Shown here: positions 1 to 8,230 of the stretch, piece after piece
Layout of the letters: each line of letters begins with the position of its first letter
Position numbering within the stretch: position 1 is the stretch's first letter
NCBI GenBank assembly: GCA_018901555.1
Contig: JAHIER010000057.1
Location: 1 to 27,944, forward strand
Direction: 5' to 3'
Length of the DNA stretch: 27,944 nucleotides
From: Patescibacteria group bacterium
GTDB taxonomy: Bacteria; Patescibacteriota; Minisyncoccia; UBA9983
The notes under the pieces: model-generated
Seen by the model: only the letters and a program-made list of their open reading frames with translations
Told to the model about the DNA's origin: nothing
The model's database searches: none
Translations under genes and position numbers: made by a program

Positions 1-603
1 CATCGAGCCGCTCTCGGTATTTCAGAAAAATCTGATGCTCTTTGTTTGGTTGTTTCTGAAGAAAGGGGAATTATTTCTTTGGCGCGCAATGGAAAAATTA
101 AAAATATTGACAATATTAAACAACTGGAAAACGAAATCAGAAATTTTTTTAATGAAAAATTTCCGGAGAAAAAAACAAAAAGTTATAAAAAAATAATAAG
201 TAAAAACATTATTCCGATATGTTTATCTTTGGGTATCGCCCTGACTTTTTGGTCAGTTATTAATTATCAACCAACTATAATTCAAAAAAATTATCTTGCA
301 TCGATTGAATTTCGCAATCTTTCTAATAATTTTATTTTAGAAGATTTAAGCGATTCAGAAATAATAATAACTTTATCCGGATATGAAAAAGATTTTAAAT
401 TACTTGATTCAGCGTCTGTGAGGGCTTCTTTAAATCTTGCCAGTCTTAATCTGGGACCGCATAAATTATTAATAAGCAAGGAGGATATAAAAAAACCTTC
501 AGATTTTTCTGTTGTTAAAATTGAGCCATCCAGTATTAAGTTCAGCCTAAATGTTCTTGAGCCAGAGCCAGTAATTCAAGAAGAACAAATAATTAAACAA
601 TAA
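1..603 (+). CDS. Diadenylate cyclase (DisA_N/DAC domain, CdaA-like) C-terminal part fused to a TM helix and a YbbR/CdaR-like domain; 5'-truncated by the window edge
   Basis: Frame 1 is open from base 1 and reads [23 protein letters not shown], the end of the DAC RHR motif. A hydrophobic stretch ([18 protein letters not shown]) follows, then a YbbR-like beta-rich segment (IIITLSG...[19 protein letters not shown]...[11 protein letters not shown]). Confidence 0.85.
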   Translation, partial: HRAALGISEKSDALCLVVSEERGIISLARNGKIKNIDNIKQLENEIRNFFNEKFPEKKTKSYKKIISKNIIPICLSLGIALTFWSVINYQPTIIQKNYLASIEFRNLSNNFILEDLSDSEIIITLSGYEKDFKLLDSASVRASLNLASLNLGPHKLLISKEDIKKPSDFSVVKIEPSSIKFSLNVLEPEPVIQEEQIIKQ

Positions 604-605
604 TT

Positions 606-3017
606 ATGAAATCATATAATTTCAAAAAAATTGAAAAAAAATGGCAGGAAAAATGGAAGAAAGACAAGATTTATAATTCTAAAGATTTTGTAAGAGGAAA
701 AAAGAATTTTTATCATCTTGTAATGTTTCCGTATCCTTCAGGCGATCTGCACATTGGCCATTGGTATAATTTTGCTCCAGCTGATGTTTATGCGCGTACT
801 AAAATGATGCAGGGTTTTAATGTTATGTCGCCAATGGGCTTTGATGCTTTTGGGTTGCCAGCTGAAAACGCAGCTATTAAAAGAGGCATTCATCCTAAAG
901 ATTGGACTTATAAAAATATTGAGACCATGACTAGTCAACTAAAAAGCATGGGTAATATGTACGATTGGAACAGAAAAATTATTACTTCTGATCCTGAATA
1001 TTATAAATGGACCCAATGGATGTTTTTGCAATTGTATAAACACGAGCTGGCTTATAAGAAAAAAGCAGCAGCTAATTGGTGTCCCAAATGTCATACTGTT
1101 TTAGCTAATGAACAAGTCGTAAATGGAAAATGCGAGAGATGTGAAGCAGAAGTTGTTCAAAGAAATATAGAACAATGGCTTTTTAAAATTACTAAGTATG
1201 CAGATAAATTATTAAAAGATATAGATAAAGTTGATTGGCCAGAAAAAACAAAAATAATGCAAAAAAATTGGATTGGCAGATCAGAAGGCGCATTAATAAA
1301 ATTTAAAATTTCTAATTCTCAATTTTCAATTGATGTTTTTACCACAAGAGTTGATACAATTTTTGGTTGTACCTATGTAGTTTTAGCTCCAGAGCATGAA
1401 TTAATCCGCCAGCTGGCGGAAAAAATTGAAAATTATAACGAAGTTACTAAGTATATAGATGATGCTAAAAGAAAATCAGAATTACAGAGAGCGGAATTAG
1501 AAAAAGACAAAACCGGAGTTAAATTAGAAGGTGTTATGGCTGTAAATCCTTTTGATAATGAAGAAGTGCCAGTTTTTACAGCTGATTATGTTTTGGGTCA
1601 TTATGGCACAGGCGCGGTTATGGCTGTGCCGGCGCATGATGAAAGAGATTTTGAATTTGCTAGAAAATATGATCTTAAAATAAAACAATCAGTCAGTGGG
1701 GGCAAGCCTGAAGATAAATTATTTACAGAGGATGGGATTCTTGTTAATTCTGGCAAGTTCACAGGCTTATTATCAGAAAAAGCCAGAAAAGAAATGGGAA
1801 AATGGCTTGAAAAAAAGAAATTAGGCAAAAGAACTGTTAAATATAAATTACGCGATTGGCTTGTTTCCAGGCAAAGATATTGGGGATCTCCGATCCCTAT
1901 TATTTATTGTCCTAAATGTGGAATAGTAACAGTGCCTGAAAAAGATTTGCCAGTTTTATTGCCTAAGGTTAAAAATTATTTACCAACAGAAGAAGGTAAA
2001 TCACCACTGGCTCATTCAAAAAATTTTATTAATATTAAATGTCCCAAGTGTAATGGGCCGGCTGAAAGAGAAACAGATACAATGGATACTTTTGTTTGCT
2101 CTTCTTGGTATTATCTTGCATATGTTATGCGAGGAATTTCCAATTTCCAATTTCCAATTTCTAAATATCAGAAAGCCTTTAAGCGGTGGTTGCCGGTTAA
2201 TATGTATGTTGGCGGGGCAGAACATACTGTTCTTCATCTTCTTTATTCAAGATTTTTTACAAAAGCCTTAAAAGATTTTGGCTATGTAGATTTCAAAGAA
2301 CCTTTTATGTCTTTAAGACATCAAGGAATTATTTTAGGTCCTGATGGTCAAAAAATGTCAAAATCACGAGGCAATGTTATTGATCCTGATGAATTAGTGA
2401 AAAATTTTGGGGCGGATGTCGTACGGATGTATCTATGTTTTATGGCGGAATACTCGCAAGGAGGCCCGTGGAATCCAACCGGTATTATGGGCATAAAAAG
2501 ATTCCTAGAAAAAGTTTGGAAATTAGCGGACAAGGTTAAACCCAATGTTCCTCACAAAGGTTTAACCTTTGTGTTGCATAAAACTATTAAAAAAGTGACG
2601 GAAGACATTGAAAATTTTAAATTTAATACTGCCATCAGCTCTTTAATGATATTGGTTAATGAAATGGAAAAACAGCCAGCATTAGAAGTTAAAAATTGGA
2701 AATTGATAATTCATTTAATTGCTCCTTTTGCTCCGCATCTGGCGGAAGAATTATGGCAAAGTTTAGGACACAAAAAATCAATTTTTTTATCCACATGGCC
2801 CAAATATGATTCTAAGAAAATAAAGGAGGAAAAAGTTAAATTAGTTATACAAATAAATGGTAAAATGAGGGATATTTTTGAAGTATCAGTTGGTATAAAA
2901 GAAAAGGAAGCAAAGGTCTTGACATTGAAAAGGGAAAATGTTAAAAAGTGGATAGGCAATAAAGCCGTTAAAAAAACAATATTTATACCTAATAAATTAA
3001 TAAACATAGTTATATAA
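606..3017 (+). CDS. leuS: Leucine--tRNA ligase
   Basis: MFPYPSGDLHIGH (HIGH), GFDAFGLPAENAA, editing-domain GTGAVMAVPAHDERD, KMSKS, C-terminal VIQINGK. Confidence 0.99.
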   Translation: MKSYNFKKIEKKWQEKWKKDKIYNSKDFVRGKKNFYHLVMFPYPSGDLHIGHWYNFAPADVYARTKMMQGFNVMSPMGFDAFGLPAENAAIKRGIHPKDWTYKNIETMTSQLKSMGNMYDWNRKIITSDPEYYKWTQWMFLQLYKHELAYKKKAAANWCPKCHTVLANEQVVNGKCERCEAEVVQRNIEQWLFKITKYADKLLKDIDKVDWPEKTKIMQKNWIGRSEGALIKFKISNSQFSIDVFTTRVDTIFGCTYVVLAPEHELIRQLAEKIENYNEVTKYIDDAKRKSELQRAELEKDKTGVKLEGVMAVNPFDNEEVPVFTADYVLGHYGTGAVMAVPAHDERDFEFARKYDLKIKQSVSGGKPEDKLFTEDGILVNSGKFTGLLSEKARKEMGKWLEKKKLGKRTVKYKLRDWLVSRQRYWGSPIPIIYCPKCGIVTVPEKDLPVLLPKVKNYLPTEEGKSPLAHSKNFINIKCPKCNGPAERETDTMDTFVCSSWYYLAYVMRGISNFQFPISKYQKAFKRWLPVNMYVGGAEHTVLHLLYSRFFTKALKDFGYVDFKEPFMSLRHQGIILGPDGQKMSKSRGNVIDPDELVKNFGADVVRMYLCFMAEYSQGGPWNPTGIMGIKRFLEKVWKLADKVKPNVPHKGLTFVLHKTIKKVTEDIENFKFNTAISSLMILVNEMEKQPALEVKNWKLIIHLIAPFAPHLAEELWQSLGHKKSIFLSTWPKYDSKKIKEEKVKLVIQINGKMRDIFEVSVGIKEKEAKVLTLKRENVKKWIGNKAVKKTIFIPNKLINIVI
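1405..1420. repeat. Perfect 16-bp palindrome TCCGCCAGCTGGCGGA in leuS
   Basis: GC-rich self-complementary 16-mer encoding IRQLAE. Confidence 0.85.
2135..2162 (+). repeat. Heptamer tandem repeat (AATTTCC)x3 + AATTTCT in leuS
   Basis: Direct inspection; encodes ISNFQFPIS. Confidence 0.92.
2553..2573. repeat. In-frame palindrome CACAAAGGTT-T-AACCTTTGTG in leuS (HKGLTFV)
   Basis: Perfect 10-bp arms; 20 nt identical to 8597-8616. Confidence 0.95.
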
Positions 3018-3022
3018 TAAAA

Positions 3023-4051
3023 ATGCTGCAGCTTTCTTTTAACCCAAAATCAGTCACCAAAATTCTTACAATGCCATTAAATGACAGAACAAGGGATATT
3101 ATTTTCCAGCGTTTTGGTATTGGTCAGTCAGACGAAAGAAAAACCCTGGAAGCTATTGGCCAAACTTATGGGATTACTCGTGAAAGGATAAGGCAGTTGG
3201 AAAATTTTGCCTTGAAATCTATAAGACAGAATGATAATTTTGAACGCGCTACGGATGCTTTTGCAGAATTAAAAAATGCTATTTATCAAAAAGGAATTCT
3301 TTTGTCTGAAAAAGAAATTTTAGAAACCTTGGCAAAAGATATTTCCGCGCGCAATCATCTTCATTTTTTGCTTGTCTTGGGAGATGATTTTAAGAAATTG
3401 AAAGAAGATGAAGAATTTTATCATCGTTGGACTATTGATGAGGAAAGATCTGAAATAATTCATAATATTTTAAGAAAACTGTATAAAGATATAGAAAAAG
3501 AAGAATTGATGCCGGAAAAAGATATTGTTGCTTTAACTCAGGAATATGCAAAAGAAAATCTGAAAGAAAAAATATTAGAAGAAATGATTTTTTCTTGGTT
3601 AAGAATTTCAAAATTAATAGACCGCAATGCTTTGGGCGAATGGGGTCCAATTTCTTCAGAAAATATAAGACCAAGAGGTGTGCGAGATTTAGCTTTTCTT
3701 ATTTTTAGAAAAAGCGGTTCACCATTGCATTTTACCGAAGTGGCTAATTCAATTTCCAGCACTTTTTCTAAAGAAGCTCATCCAGCCACGGTTCATAATG
3801 AATTGATAAAAGATCCTAGATTCATTTTAGTTGGCAGAGGAATTTATGCTTTGAAAGACTGGGGATATAGTTCTGGCACGGTTCGCGACATAATCAAAAA
3901 TATTTTAAAATCATCTAAAAATTTAACTAAAGAAGAAATAATCAAAAAAGTTTTAAAGGAGCGTTATGTAAAAGAGAATACAATTCTTGTTAATTTGCAA
4001 AATAGGAAGTATTTTAAAAGAAACAAGGACGGCGCATATTCAATCGCATAA
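3023..4051 (+). CDS. Sigma-70 region-4-like HTH protein with C-terminal HARE-HTH/RNAP delta-like winged helices
   Basis: N-terminal RFGIGQSDERKTLEAIGQTYGITRERIRQLE is a sigma4 HTH pattern. C-terminal SPLHFTEVANSI...HNELIKDPRFILVGRGIYALKDWG resembles delta/HARE-HTH. No sigma region 2 is recognisable. Confidence 0.75.
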   Translation: MLQLSFNPKSVTKILTMPLNDRTRDIIFQRFGIGQSDERKTLEAIGQTYGITRERIRQLENFALKSIRQNDNFERATDAFAELKNAIYQKGILLSEKEILETLAKDISARNHLHFLLVLGDDFKKLKEDEEFYHRWTIDEERSEIIHNILRKLYKDIEKEELMPEKDIVALTQEYAKENLKEKILEEMIFSWLRISKLIDRNALGEWGPISSENIRPRGVRDLAFLIFRKSGSPLHFTEVANSISSTFSKEAHPATVHNELIKDPRFILVGRGIYALKDWGYSSGTVRDIIKNILKSSKNLTKEEIIKKVLKERYVKENTILVNLQNRKYFKRNKDGAYSIA

Positions 4052-4058
4052 TTTATTT

Positions 4059-5240
4059 ATGTCTTTACCTGTCCCTTTATTTATTCAGGATATCTTTTTT
4101 AAGATTTGGGAATTCATTTTAGCCAGTTATATATGGTGGCTACCTATTTTTTTAATTGCCATTTTTGGGAATCTTTGGGTTTATTATGCCAGATCAAAAT
4201 TTCTCTACGGACTTAGCTGGATACTTTTAGAAGTAAAATTACCTCGTGAAATAACAAAAACTCCGCGCGCCATGGAGGTATTTTTAAATTCTTTGCATAT
4301 AACCAAGGATGGCAATATGCTGGAAAAATATTGGCAAGGATTTTTAAGGGTTTGGTTTAGTTTGGAAATCGTGGGAATTAATGGTGAGGTTCATTTTTTT
4401 ATTTATACACAAAAATTTTTCCGAAATTTAATAGAAGCTCAATTATATGCTCAATATCCTGATGCTGAAATTGTTGAAGCAGAAGATTATACTAAAGCTA
4501 CATTCCCATTAGAAGATCTCGGCATTAAATGGGGTTGTTTTGGCACGGAATTCGTTCTTACTGCCGAAGATGCTTATCCGATTAGAACATATGTTGATTA
4601 TGGACTGCATGAGGCGCTTGTGAAAGAGGAGCAGAAGACAGATCCAATCACCGCTTTTGTGGAGCTCCTCGGATCTTTAAAACAAGGAGAACAAATTTGG
4701 TTTCAAATTTTAGTCAGGGCTACAAAAAAAGATTGGAAGGAAGAAGGAAAAAAACTTGTGGATAAATTAATGGAAAGAGATAAGGTATTAAAAGAAGGCG
4801 AGCATAACAGAAAATTGTCGTCCGGAGAAGTGGAAACAATAAAAGCAATTGAAAGAGATGTTTCTAAGCTTGGTTTTGATACTGGTATTCGAATACTTTA
4901 TCTGGCTAATAATGAAAGTTTTAATCCTATTAATATCCCATCAATGATAGGCACAATGAAACAGTACAATGCCGTTAACCTTAACGGCTTTGAGCCGGCC
5001 AACTCAACTTCTGTTGACTATTTTTTAAAAAAGAAAAGGGAAGCCAAAATGAAATTAAAAATGATTAATGCTTATCGTATGCGCTCATATTTTTATATGC
5101 CTTATCCCAAAATGCCTTTTGTTTTAAACACAGAAGAATTGGCAACGATTTATCATTTTCCTGGTCGAGTATCAGAAACCCCGACTTTTAGCAGAATTGA
5201 GGCAAAGAAGAGCGAACCACCAACAAATCTTCCTATTTAG
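4059..5240 (+). CDS. Hypothetical protein with N-terminal transmembrane segment
   Basis: Long ORF; the likely start is ATG 4059 (MSLPVPLF...), 7 nt after the upstream stop, not the track start 3987. Hydrophobic ILASYIWWLPIFLIAIFGNLWVYY; C-terminal PFVLNTEELATIYHFP. Confidence 0.8.
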   Translation: MSLPVPLFIQDIFFKIWEFILASYIWWLPIFLIAIFGNLWVYYARSKFLYGLSWILLEVKLPREITKTPRAMEVFLNSLHITKDGNMLEKYWQGFLRVWFSLEIVGINGEVHFFIYTQKFFRNLIEAQLYAQYPDAEIVEAEDYTKATFPLEDLGIKWGCFGTEFVLTAEDAYPIRTYVDYGLHEALVKEEQKTDPITAFVELLGSLKQGEQIWFQILVRATKKDWKEEGKKLVDKLMERDKVLKEGEHNRKLSSGEVETIKAIERDVSKLGFDTGIRILYLANNESFNPINIPSMIGTMKQYNAVNLNGFEPANSTSVDYFLKKKREAKMKLKMINAYRMRSYFYMPYPKMPFVLNTEELATIYHFPGRVSETPTFSRIEAKKSEPPTNLPI

Positions 5241-5242
5241 AT

Positions 5243-6199
5243 ATGAATTTTAAATATCGAAACCTTTTTGATTTTTCAATTATTTTAATTCTTTTCATCT
5301 TATTTTTTTATTGGATAAGTTTCCCAGCGCCTAAAGATTTTCCTGTAAACGGTTTTGTGCAGATTGAAGACGGATTATCAGTGCTTCAGGCAGGAGAAGC
5401 TTTAAAGAAAGGCAATGTTATTAGATCGTGTACAATTTTTGTCTTACTATCTAAAATAATGGGAATTGAGAAAAAGATTAAATCAGGAGAATATTTTTTT
5501 GAAAAACCGATATCCGTTGTAGAAGTAATTAAAAGATTAGGCGATGGCAATTACGGATTGCGTCAGAAAAAAATAACCATTACTGAAGGAGCAGCCTTAA
5601 AAGATATTGTTAATATTTTTAAAGATTTTAATAATTTTAAAGAAGAAGAATTTTATCTTATTACTAAAGACCCTTCATTAGAAGGTTATCTTTTCCCTGA
5701 TACCTATTTTGTTTTACCCAGTATTGATGCTACTGGAGTTGTTAAAATTATGAAAATAAATTTTGAAGAAAAAATAAATAGTTTAAAGGAAGAAATCGAA
5801 AAAAATAATCACAATCTTAATGAAATTATTACCATGGCTTCTTTAATTGAAAAGGAAGTATCTAATTTTGATGACAAGAAAATTGTTTCAGGCATTCTTT
5901 GGAAAAGAATAGGAAAGGGTATGCCCTTGCAGGTAGACGCTATTTTTGTTTATTTATTAGGAAAAACAAGCGCTGAACTTACTTTGGATGATTTAAAAAT
6001 TGATTCGCAATATAATACTTATACTAATAAAGGTTTACCGCCGACTCCTATTTGTAATCCTGGTTTGGAAAGCATAGAAGCAACGCTTCGGCCGATTGAT
6101 TCTTCTTATTTTTACTATTTGTCTGACAAAGAGGGGAATATTCATTTTGCCAAAAATTTTGAAGAACATAAAGTTAATAAAAACAAATATTTGCGTTAA
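5243..6199 (+). CDS. mltG: Endolytic transglycosylase MltG (YceG family)
   Basis: N-terminal TM, ITITEG, LEGYLFPDTYF, MASLIEKE (catalytic Glu), LQVDA, SQYNTYTNKGLPPTPICNPG. Confidence 0.96.
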   Translation: MNFKYRNLFDFSIILILFILFFYWISFPAPKDFPVNGFVQIEDGLSVLQAGEALKKGNVIRSCTIFVLLSKIMGIEKKIKSGEYFFEKPISVVEVIKRLGDGNYGLRQKKITITEGAALKDIVNIFKDFNNFKEEEFYLITKDPSLEGYLFPDTYFVLPSIDATGVVKIMKINFEEKINSLKEEIEKNNHNLNEIITMASLIEKEVSNFDDKKIVSGILWKRIGKGMPLQVDAIFVYLLGKTSAELTLDDLKIDSQYNTYTNKGLPPTPICNPGLESIEATLRPIDSSYFYYLSDKEGNIHFAKNFEEHKVNKNKYLR

Positions 6200-6289
6200 A
6201 AAACAGTTTTTTGGGTAATCCACAGTTTCAGGTCTGCCCATTTAAATTAATGGTAAAATAAATATCAAAGGTCGGGTCTTTAATATTGA

Positions 6290-6511
6290 ATGAATTTTAA
6301 TAAAATGAATAAATTAAACGCGCTAGATTTAATCTCTTTAATTCTTATGATTGTTGGCGGTTTGAATTGGGGATTGGTTGGTGTAATAAATTTAAACATT
6401 GTTGATGCTATTTTCGGAGTAGGATCTCTTCTTTCATCAATTGTTTATATTTTAGTTGGTTTGGCTTCTGTGTATATATTAGTAATGCTGGGAAAATTAA
6501 AAAGAGCATAA
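6290..6511 (+). CDS. DUF378 family small membrane protein
   Basis: LILMIVGGLNWGLVG...IVYILVGLASVY matches the DUF378 pattern; ATG 6305 is an alternative start. Confidence 0.9.
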   Translation: MNFNKMNKLNALDLISLILMIVGGLNWGLVGVINLNIVDAIFGVGSLLSSIVYILVGLASVYILVMLGKLKRA

Positions 6512-6537
6512 TCTGAAAAATTTTTCAAAAATGAAAT

Positions 6538-6572
6538 AGTCCGGCGGTTAATCCGTCGGACTTTTTCTTTTT
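6538..6572. terminator. Intrinsic terminator between convergent DUF378 and signal peptidase genes
   Basis: AGTCCGGCGG-TTAAT-CCGTCGGACT stem-loop followed by TTTTCTTTTT. Confidence 0.88.
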
Positions 6573-7039
6573 TACAATTTTTTATTGGCCACAATTAAGC
6601 CAGATAAAATTGATGTCATCGTTATTAAAAAAAAGATAAGAGGTTTTTCTAAAAAATTTATAGAAAATAAATATCCCAACAACGGTATATTCATTAAAAA
6701 TAACCATTCAGCTTGGTATGTCGCAATTATTTGATCATCATTCTCATTATTATCTCCCTTAGTAATAAGATAATAACCATCTTTTCCTAGTTTTTCTTTG
6801 ACACGATGAATAAGAGAATCCGGTCCAGTATTAATCGCGACAATATTTCCAACTTCTATTTCTTTGGGTGTTGTTTTTTTTAAAATAGCCAAATCCCCAT
6901 TTTTTATCCCTGGCTCCATACTATTGCCAGAAACAGCTGAAATATTAAATTCAAATTTTTGATTCAGATTAAAAAACCAAACATAGAAAAAGAAAATTGA
7001 AAGAATTAAGAAAAAAACAGAATAACTATAACGTTTCAT
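6572..7039 (-). CDS. Signal peptidase I, S26 family, Ser/His (SipW/archaeal-ER) type
   Basis: N-terminal TM, VSGNSMEP (catalytic Ser), LIHRV (His), LITKGDNN..DD, C-terminal TM. SD-like AAGGGGGTGA at 7041-7050 on the - strand. Confidence 0.9.
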   Translation of the reverse strand: MKRYSYSVFFLILSIFFFYVWFFNLNQKFEFNISAVSGNSMEPGIKNGDLAILKKTTPKEIEVGNIVAINTGPDSLIHRVKEKLGKDGYYLITKGDNNENDDQIIATYQAEWLFLMNIPLLGYLFSINFLEKPLIFFLITMTSILSGLIVANKKL

Positions 7040-7115
7040 CTCACCCCCTTTTTAATGTTCTAGTTTCTTTATAGCAGATTGAATAATTTTTTCAAGGTGA
7101 TAAACTTTTATAATC

Positions 7116-7493
7116 ATGGATCAAGGGAAATTTGAACAAATGGTAACAGAAGGAATCAATGCTATTCCGGAAAAATTTTTAGAAAAATTAAGCAATGTGG
7201 CTATTGTTATAGAAGATGAGCCTAGCAGCGAGCAAATCAAAAAGATAAACTTATGTCCACAATGGGCTCTTTTCGGTCTTTATGAAGGTATCCCGCAATC
7301 TTCTAGGGGTGTTTATTATAGTCATCCGCCGGACAAAATTACCATTTTTAAAAAATCAATTGAAGAACAAGCCAATAATGATAATGATGTAAAAGAAATA
7401 GTAAAAAATACTGTTTGGCATGAAATCGCTCATCATTTTGGCATGAATGAAGAAAGGGTAGAAAGGGCTGAAAAAAGAAGACGGATAAAATAG
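7116..7493 (+). CDS. Zincin-like metallopeptidase family protein (DUF1025/Zincin_1)
   Basis: LFGLYEGIP, PDKITIFKKSI, TVWHEIAHHFG (HExxH). Confidence 0.92.
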   Translation: MDQGKFEQMVTEGINAIPEKFLEKLSNVAIVIEDEPSSEQIKKINLCPQWALFGLYEGIPQSSRGVYYSHPPDKITIFKKSIEEQANNDNDVKEIVKNTVWHEIAHHFGMNEERVERAEKRRRIK

Positions 7494-7546
7494 GATAGAT
7501 GATTTTCCGTTTTGTTATTCATAAATAATATTATATAATATTATTT

Positions 7547-8188
7547 ATGAATACTATAAATAAAAATCAAATTCACTGGATTATTTTTGCTTTATCAATT
7601 TTAATTTTTTCTTTAATATTTATGCGCGCTTTTTCAAATTTTGAGGACGAACAAAAGAAATTAATGGCTTCTTTAGAAATAAAAAAAGTTATTTCTTCAG
7701 GCAATGTTATTGCTGAGATGGAAACTAATTATGGCCAAATAAAACTGGAGCTTTTTAGCAATGATGCGCCTAAAACAATAGAAAATTTTGTTAATCTTGC
7801 AAAATCGGGTTTTTATAAAAATACAAAATTTCATCGTGTGATAAAAGATTTTATGATTCAAGGCGGTGATCCTAATAGCAAGAATGATGATTGGTCAGAT
7901 GATGGACGCGGTGGGCCAGGTTATGTTTTTGATGATGAAATTAATTCTTATAAAGTTGTTCGCGGAGTTATTGCTATGGCTAATGCCGGACCCAATACTA
8001 ATGGCAGTCAGTTTTTTATAGTTACAACTGGCACTGCTCCTTGGCTAGATGGTCTCCATACAGTTTTTGGCAAGGTTATAGAAGGCATGGATGTGGTAGA
8101 TAAAATTGAAAATATTAAAACAGATAAGGCAAAAGAAGATCATCCCATAGAAGATGTTATTGTTAAAACGATAGATATTATTGAATAG
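7547..8188 (+). CDS. Cyclophilin-type peptidyl-prolyl cis-trans isomerase with N-terminal membrane anchor
   Basis: APKTIENFVNLA, FHRVIKDFMIQGGDP, AMANAGPNTNGSQFFI, WLDGLHTVFGKV. Confidence 0.97.
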   Translation: MNTINKNQIHWIIFALSILIFSLIFMRAFSNFEDEQKKLMASLEIKKVISSGNVIAEMETNYGQIKLELFSNDAPKTIENFVNLAKSGFYKNTKFHRVIKDFMIQGGDPNSKNDDWSDDGRGGPGYVFDDEINSYKVVRGVIAMANAGPNTNGSQFFIVTTGTAPWLDGLHTVFGKVIEGMDVVDKIENIKTDKAKEDHPIEDVIVKTIDIIE

Positions 8189-8230
8189 ATCTCTTTTTAT
8201 TTCTAATTTTTTTCATAAATTTTAAAATCT

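Noticed and set aside
2787-6224. Replication origin suggested by DnaA boxes (2787-2795 perfect, inside leuS; 6216-6224 one mismatch; 16441-16449)
   Set aside because: Boxes are isolated and kilobases apart; no cluster, DUE or dnaA/dnaN neighbourhood.
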